This document shows, piece after piece, positions 58,614 to 64,000 of a stretch of DNA of 64,000 bases; position 1 is the first letter of the stretch; each line of letters begins with the position of its first letter. The notes under the pieces are model-generated. The model ran no database searches. It was not told where the DNA came from and was given only the letters and a program-made list of their open reading frames with translations. The stretch covers positions 50,158,001 to 50,222,000 of the forward strand of contig OZ241831.1 of NCBI GenBank assembly GCA_965202585.1, given 5' to 3'. Position numbers and translations under genes: made by a program. Source of the stretch: Thalia democratica (Eukaryota).

Positions 58614-59729
58614 ATGCGCCAAGGTGGCCAAGTGCGCCAAGTCGCCAAGTCGCATTGTCTATTGATTTTATGTTGCTATAGAAATTCATTAGAACTCATA
58701 AGAAATCAATGCGTTTCGACACTGTTTCGAGGTCGTATGTTCATCGTTTTCATAAACGCCTCTTGTTTTCTTATCGAAGTAGCTATGCCGAAGCTAGTAT
58801 ATATACGCGTCAGTTCGGTTGGAAGTGTGAATTTGTGTGCAAAAAGTCCAGAGAAAGAGAGCTCATATATTCGAAAAGAAGAGAATTATGCAAATTTTCG
58901 GACACAATTTTTTAATGATTTTGAGTCTACACCTGAAAGAGTTAGTGAAATCGACTGCGCAGAAACGAGTTTCACCGAAGGGAGTTTCTTCGACAAAGCG
59001 GCGTCCGGATTGGTTGAAATAGAGCTGGAGTGGGGCAGGCAACGGGCGTTCAAGAGGTACCTCGAGTCGCTGCTGATCCGGTGCGAGAAACTGAGCAACG
59101 TCAGAAAGCACCACGAAAAGTACATCGCCGAGCAGAAAATGTTCAAGCATATTTGCCGCGGCGTGGCGCTGAAGGAAGAGCACAATCGAATGCGGAAAGT
59201 CGCTTGGGAGTGGGTTTACAGGAAGGAGGGGGAAGCCAAGCTGGAGAACGTGTTCATTGGGTACTTTTCGTTTTTTCAAAAAACTTTCTTCGTGCAGAGC
59301 AGCTTGAGAGAAGAAGACAGGATCGCGCCAAATGGTTATTCTGCGAAGATCAACAACGAGTTGGACGCGGCTTCGGAAGCGTTTAAAAAGTTCAGTTCGG
59401 ACAACGAGTTCTTTTTAAACAACGCCGCCATCAAGCCGAACTTTTTAGTGGTCGAGCTGCTAGGTTATGAGATAAACGCCGGCAGCAACTTTTTCAACCA
59501 CCGTGTGGCGAACGTGAGCAACTATTCACCCGACTACGAGTTCGACGTTCGAAACATGGTCCGTTTCGTCAACGGGGAGAGCAGAATGAAATTCATGGTG
59601 CCTGAGGTGCAGCGGGTGAGCAGGAAGCTCGCTGCAGGTAACAACTGCAAAATTTGCTTGAGTGAAGCAGAACGAGAGTTGAACTTGCTGAACAGCAAAT
59701 ACGACTTTGAAAACATTAAGTTGAATTAA
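58614..59729 (+). CDS. Array unit 20, intact 371-aa orphan ORF (6-bp in-frame deletion)
   Basis: Open frame; NAGSNFF instead of NAGNVRNFF. Confidence 0.6.
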   Translation: MRQGGQVRQVAKSHCLLILCCYRNSLELIRNQCVSTLFRGRMFIVFINASCFLIEVAMPKLVYIRVSSVGSVNLCAKSPEKESSYIRKEENYANFRTQFFNDFESTPERVSEIDCAETSFTEGSFFDKAASGLVEIELEWGRQRAFKRYLESLLIRCEKLSNVRKHHEKYIAEQKMFKHICRGVALKEEHNRMRKVAWEWVYRKEGEAKLENVFIGYFSFFQKTFFVQSSLREEDRIAPNGYSAKINNELDAASEAFKKFSSDNEFFLNNAAIKPNFLVVELLGYEINAGSNFFNHRVANVSNYSPDYEFDVRNMVRFVNGESRMKFMVPEVQRVSRKLAAGNNCKICLSEAERELNLLNSKYDFENIKLN

Positions 59730-59826
59730 AACAATAACTTTCAAAGTTTTTTTTATTTAATTAATAACTAAATTTCATCAATGATAAGCTAAGTAAGTAT
59801 TTAGATTTTTGCAATAAGAACTTATC

Positions 59827-60948
59827 ATGCGCCAAGGTGGCCAAGTGCGCCAAGTCGCCAAGTCGCATTGTCTATTGATTTTATGTTGCTATAGAAATTC
59901 ATTAGAACTCATAAGAAATCAATGCGTTTCGACACTGTTTCGAGGTCGTATGTTCATCGTTTTCATAAACGCCTCTTGTTTTCTTATCGAAGTAGCTATG
60001 CCGAAGCTAGTATATATACGCGTCAGTTCGGTTGGAAGTGTGAATTTGTGTGCAAAAAGTCCAGAGAAAGAGAGCTCATATATTCGAAAAGAAGAGAATT
60101 ATGCAAATTTTCGGACACAATTTTTTAATGATTTTGAGTCTACACCTGAAAGAGTTAGTGAAATCGACTGCGCAGAAACGAGTTTCACCGAAGGGAGTTT
60201 CTTCGACAAAGCGGCGTCCGGATTGGTTGAAATAGAGCGGGAGTGGGGCAGGCGACGGGCGTTCAAGAGGTACCTCGAGTCGCTGCTGATCCAGTGCGAG
60301 AATCTGAACAACGTCAGAAAGCACCACGAGAAGTACATCGCCGAGCAGAAGAATTTCAAGCAATTTTGCCGCGGCGTGGCGCTGAAGGAAGAGCACAATC
60401 GAATGCAGAAAGTCGCTTGGGAGTGGGTTTACAGGAAGGAGGGGGAAGCCAAGCTGGAAAACGTGTTCATCGGGTATTTTTCGTTTTTTCGAAAAATTTT
60501 CTTCGTGCAGAGCAGCTTGAGAGAAGAAGACAGGATCGCGCCAAATGGTTGTTCTGTGCAGATCAACAACGAGTTGGACGCGGCTTCGGAAGCGTTTAAA
60601 AAGTTCAGTTCGGACAACGAGTTCTTTTTAAACAACGCCGCCATCAAGCCGAACTTTTTAGTGGACGAACTGCTAGGTTATGAGATAAACGCCGGCAACG
60701 TACGCAACTTTTTCAACCACCGTGTGGCGAACGTGAGCAACTATTCACCCGACTACGAGTTCGACGTTCGAAACATGGTCCGTTTCGTCAACGGGGAGAG
60801 CAGAATGAAATTCATGGTGCCTGAGGTGCAGCGGGTGAGCAGGAAGCTCACTGCAGGTAACCACTGCAAAATTTGCTTGAGTGAAGCAGAACGGGAGTTG
60901 AACTTACTGAACAGCAAATACGACTTTGAAAACATTAAGTTGAATTAA
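59827..60948 (+). CDS. Array unit 21, intact 373-aa orphan ORF
   Basis: Open frame. Confidence 0.6.
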   Translation: MRQGGQVRQVAKSHCLLILCCYRNSLELIRNQCVSTLFRGRMFIVFINASCFLIEVAMPKLVYIRVSSVGSVNLCAKSPEKESSYIRKEENYANFRTQFFNDFESTPERVSEIDCAETSFTEGSFFDKAASGLVEIEREWGRRRAFKRYLESLLIQCENLNNVRKHHEKYIAEQKNFKQFCRGVALKEEHNRMQKVAWEWVYRKEGEAKLENVFIGYFSFFRKIFFVQSSLREEDRIAPNGCSVQINNELDAASEAFKKFSSDNEFFLNNAAIKPNFLVDELLGYEINAGNVRNFFNHRVANVSNYSPDYEFDVRNMVRFVNGESRMKFMVPEVQRVSRKLTAGNHCKICLSEAERELNLLNSKYDFENIKLN

Positions 60949-61045
60949 AACAATAACTTTCAAAGTTTTTTTTATTTAATTAATAACTAAATTTCATCAA
61001 TGATAAGCTAAGTAAGTATTTAGATTTTTGCAATAAGAACTTATC

Positions 61046-61738
61046 ATGCGCCAAGGTGGCCAAGTGCGCCAAGTCGCATTGTCTATTGATTTTATGTTGC
61101 TATAGAAATTCATTAGAACTCATAAGAAATCAATGCGTTTCGACACTGTTTCGAGGTCGTATGTTCATCGTTTTCATAAACGCCTCTTGTTTTCTTATCG
61201 AAGTAGCTATGCCGAAGCTAGTATATATACGCGTCAGTTCGGTTGGAAGTGTGAATTTGTGTGCAAAATGTCAGAGAAAGAGAGCTCATATATTCGAAAA
61301 GAAGAGAATTATGCAAATTTTCGGACACAATTTTTTAATGATTTTGAGTCTACACCTGAAAGAGTTAGTGAAATCGACTGCGCAGAAACGAGTTTCACCA
61401 AAGGGAGTTTCTTCGACAAAGCGGCGTCCGGATTGGTTGAAATAGAGCGGGAATGGGGCAGGCGACGGGCGTTCAAAAGGTACCTCGAGTCGCTGCTGAT
61501 CCGGTGCGAGGAACTGAACAACGTCAGAAAGCACCACGAAAAGTACATCGCCGAGCAGAAGAATTTCAAGCAATTTTGCCGCGGCGTGGCGCTGAAGGAA
61601 GAGCACAATCGAATGCAGAAAGTCGCTTGGGAGTGGGTTTGAGGAAGGAGGGGGAAGCAAAGTTGGAAAACGTGTTCAGAACGAAAGTTGAATTTGCTGA
61701 ACAACAAATACGACTTTGAAAACATTAAGTTGAATTAA
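61046..61738 (+). pseudogene. Array unit 22 (790-bp unit), 5' frameshifts, TGA stop and ~420-bp internal deletion
   Basis: Junction AACGTGTTCA|GAACGAAAGTTG at ~61678. Confidence 0.8.
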
Positions 61739-61835
61739 AACAATAACTTTCAAAGTTTTTTTTATTTAATTAACAACTAAATTTCATCAATGATAAGCTA
61801 AGTAAGTATTTAGATTTTTGCAATAAGAACTTATC

Positions 61836-62957
61836 ATGCGCCAAGGTGGCCAAGTGCGCAAAGTCGCCAAGTCGCATTGTCTATTGATTTTATGTTGCTA
61901 TAGAAATTCATTAGAACTCATAAGAAATCAATGCGTTTCGACACTGTTTCGAAGTCGTATGTTCATCGTTTTCATAAACGCCTCTTGTTTTCTTATCGAA
62001 GTAGCTATGCCGAAGCTCGTATATATACGCGTCAGTTCGGTTGGAAGTGTGAATTTGTGTGCAAAAAGTCCAGAGAAAGAGAGCTCATATATTCGAAAAG
62101 AAGAGAATTATGCAAATTTTCGGACACAATTTTTTAATGATTTTGAGTCTACACCTGAAAGAGTTAGTGAAATCGACTGCGCAGAAACGAGTTTCACCAA
62201 AGGGAGTTTCTTCGACAAAGCGGCGTCCGGATTGGTTGAAATAGAGCGGGAGTGGGGCAGGCGACGGGCGTTCAAGAGGTACCTCGAGTCGCTGCTGATC
62301 CGGTGCGAGAAACTGAACAACGTCAGAAAGCACCACGAAAAGTACATTGCTGAGCAGAAGAATTTCAAGCAATTTTGCCACGGCGTGGCGCTGAAGGAAG
62401 AACACAATCGAATGCAGAAAGTCGCTTGGGAGTGGGTTTACAGGAAGGAGGGGGAAGCCAAGCTGGAGAACGTGTTTATCGGGTATTTTTCGCTTTTTAG
62501 AAAAATTTTCCTCGTGCAGAGCAGCTTGAGAGAAGAAGACAGGATCGCGCTCGATGGTTATTCTGTGCAGATCAACAACGAGTTGGACGCGGCTTCGGAA
62601 GCGTTTAAAAAGTTCAGTTCGGACAACGAGTTCTTTTTAAACGACGCCGCCATCAAGCCGAACTTTTTAGTGGACGAACTGCTGGGTTATGAGATAAACG
62701 CCGGCAACATTTGCAACTTTTTCAACCACCGTGTGGCGAACGTGAGCAACTATTCACCCGACTACGAGTTCGACGTTCGAAACATGGTCCGTTTCGTCAA
62801 CGGGGAGAGCAGAATGAAGTCCATGGTGCCTGAGGTGCAGCGGGTGAGCAGGAAGCTCGCTGCAGGTAACAACTGCAAAATTTGCTTGGATGAAGCAGAA
62901 CAGGAGTTGAACTTACTGAACAGCAAATACGACTTTGAAAACATTAAGTTGAATTAA
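61836..62957 (+). CDS. Array unit 23, intact 373-aa orphan ORF
   Basis: Open frame. Confidence 0.6.
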   Translation: MRQGGQVRKVAKSHCLLILCCYRNSLELIRNQCVSTLFRSRMFIVFINASCFLIEVAMPKLVYIRVSSVGSVNLCAKSPEKESSYIRKEENYANFRTQFFNDFESTPERVSEIDCAETSFTKGSFFDKAASGLVEIEREWGRRRAFKRYLESLLIRCEKLNNVRKHHEKYIAEQKNFKQFCHGVALKEEHNRMQKVAWEWVYRKEGEAKLENVFIGYFSLFRKIFLVQSSLREEDRIALDGYSVQINNELDAASEAFKKFSSDNEFFLNDAAIKPNFLVDELLGYEINAGNICNFFNHRVANVSNYSPDYEFDVRNMVRFVNGESRMKSMVPEVQRVSRKLAAGNNCKICLDEAEQELNLLNSKYDFENIKLN

Positions 62958-63054
62958 AACAACAACTTTCAAAGTTTTTTTTATTTAATTAATAACTAAA
63001 TTTCATCAATGATAAGCTAAGTAAGTATTTAGATTTTTGCAATAAGAACTTATC

Positions 63055-64000
63055 ATGCGCCAAGGTGACAAGTGCGCCAAGTCGCCAAGTCGCATTGTCT
63101 ATTGATTTTATGTTGCTATAGAAATTCATTAGAACTCATAAGAAATCAATGCGTTTCGACACTGTTTCGAGGTCGTATGTTCATCGTTTTCATAAACGCC
63201 TCTTGTTTTCTTATCGAAGTAGCTATGCCGAAGCTCGTATATATACGCGTCAGTTCGGTTGGAAGTGTGAATTTGTGTGCAAAAATTCCAGAGAAAGAGA
63301 GCTCATATATTCGAAAAGAAGAGAATTATGCAAATTTTCGGACACAATTTTTTAATGATTTTGAGTCTACACCTGAAAGAGTTAGTGAAATCGACTGCGC
63401 AGAAACGAGTTTCACCGAAGGGAGTTTCTTCGACAAAGCGGCGTCCGGATTGGTTGAAATAGAGCGCGAGTGGGGCAGGCGACGGGCGTTTAAGAGGTAC
63501 CTCGAGTCGCTGCTGGTTCATTGCGAGAAACTGAACAACGTCAGAAAGCACCACGAAAAGTACATCGCCGAGCAGAAGAATTTCAAGCAGTTTTGCCGCG
63601 GCGTGGCGCTGAAGGAAGAGCACAACCGAATGCAGAAAGTCGCTTGGGAGTGGGTTTACAGGAAGGAGGGGGAAGCCAAGCTGGAGAACGTGTTCATCGG
63701 GTACTTTTTGTTTTTTCGAAAAATTTTCCTCGTGCAGAGCAGCTTGTGAGAAGAAGACAGGATCGCGCCAGATGGTTGTTTTGCGAAGATCAACAACGAG
63801 TTAGACGCGGCTTCGGAAGCGTTTAAAAAGTTCAGTTCCGACAACGAGTTCTTTTTAAACAACGCCGCCATCAAGCCGAACTTTTTAGTGGACGAACTGC
63901 TAGGTTATGAGATAAACTCCGGCAGCATACGCAACTTTTTCAACCACCGTGTGGCGAACGTGAGCAACTATTCACCCGACTACGAGTTCGACGTTCGAAA
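63055..64000 (+). pseudogene. Array unit 24, 5' -1 frameshift and premature TGA (63747-63749), cut by the window end
   Basis: GGTGACAAG instead of GGTGGCCAAG; AGCTTGTGA instead of AGCTTGAGA. Confidence 0.7.

Larger units (their letters stand above)
34593..64000 (+). repeat. Head-to-tail macrosatellite of ~1,219-bp ORF-bearing units (24 units, continuing past the window end)
   Basis: Unit starts at 35475, 36684, 37903, 39112, 40331, 41550, 42769, 43989, 45209, 46429, 47647, 48865, 50083, 51301, 52519, 53738, 54957, 56176, 57395, 58614, 59827, 61046, 61836, 63055. Confidence 0.98.

Noticed and set aside
35485-63874. Many overlapping antisense and alternative-frame ORFs in each unit (60-146 aa)
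   Set aside because: Shadows of a GC-rich coding frame; silent changes follow the 373-aa frame, not these
34593-64000. CRISPR array or integron interpretation of the repeats
   Set aside because: Units are 1.2-kb homologous genes rather than short repeats with unique spacers; no cas or integrase genes and no attC-like sites seen

Overview
Very AT-rich eukaryotic-looking scaffold with no recognisable bacterial operons, an RTE-clade LINE fragment and a 200-N gap. The taxon cannot be determined from the sequence. Layout: (1) A 2.18-kb Foldback/MULE-like element with modular satellite TIRs and a 9-bp TSD (ACCTAAATG), present three times because of large segmental duplications (offsets 19,329, 31,338 and 12,009 bp). 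(2) An intronless, GC-rich orphan gene that reconstructs to 387 aa but is dead (2877-4039, copy 34215-35377). (3) A tandem macrosatellite of about 1,219-bp units from ~34.6 kb to the window end: 24 units, 14 with an intact 371-373-aa ORF. Each unit is a chimera of the 3' two-thirds of the orphan gene and a new, nearly invariant 5' segment. (4) A unique GC-rich island at ~6.86-7.9 kb with many nested helices whose wobbles are all G-T on the + strand, followed by a perfect 114-bp palindrome and three GAAA-loop hairpins with T-tracts. The best candidates for new biology are the ORF-bearing array with constant leader and variable core, and the structured-RNA/palindrome island. No homologue of the array protein was recognised, and no database search could be run.
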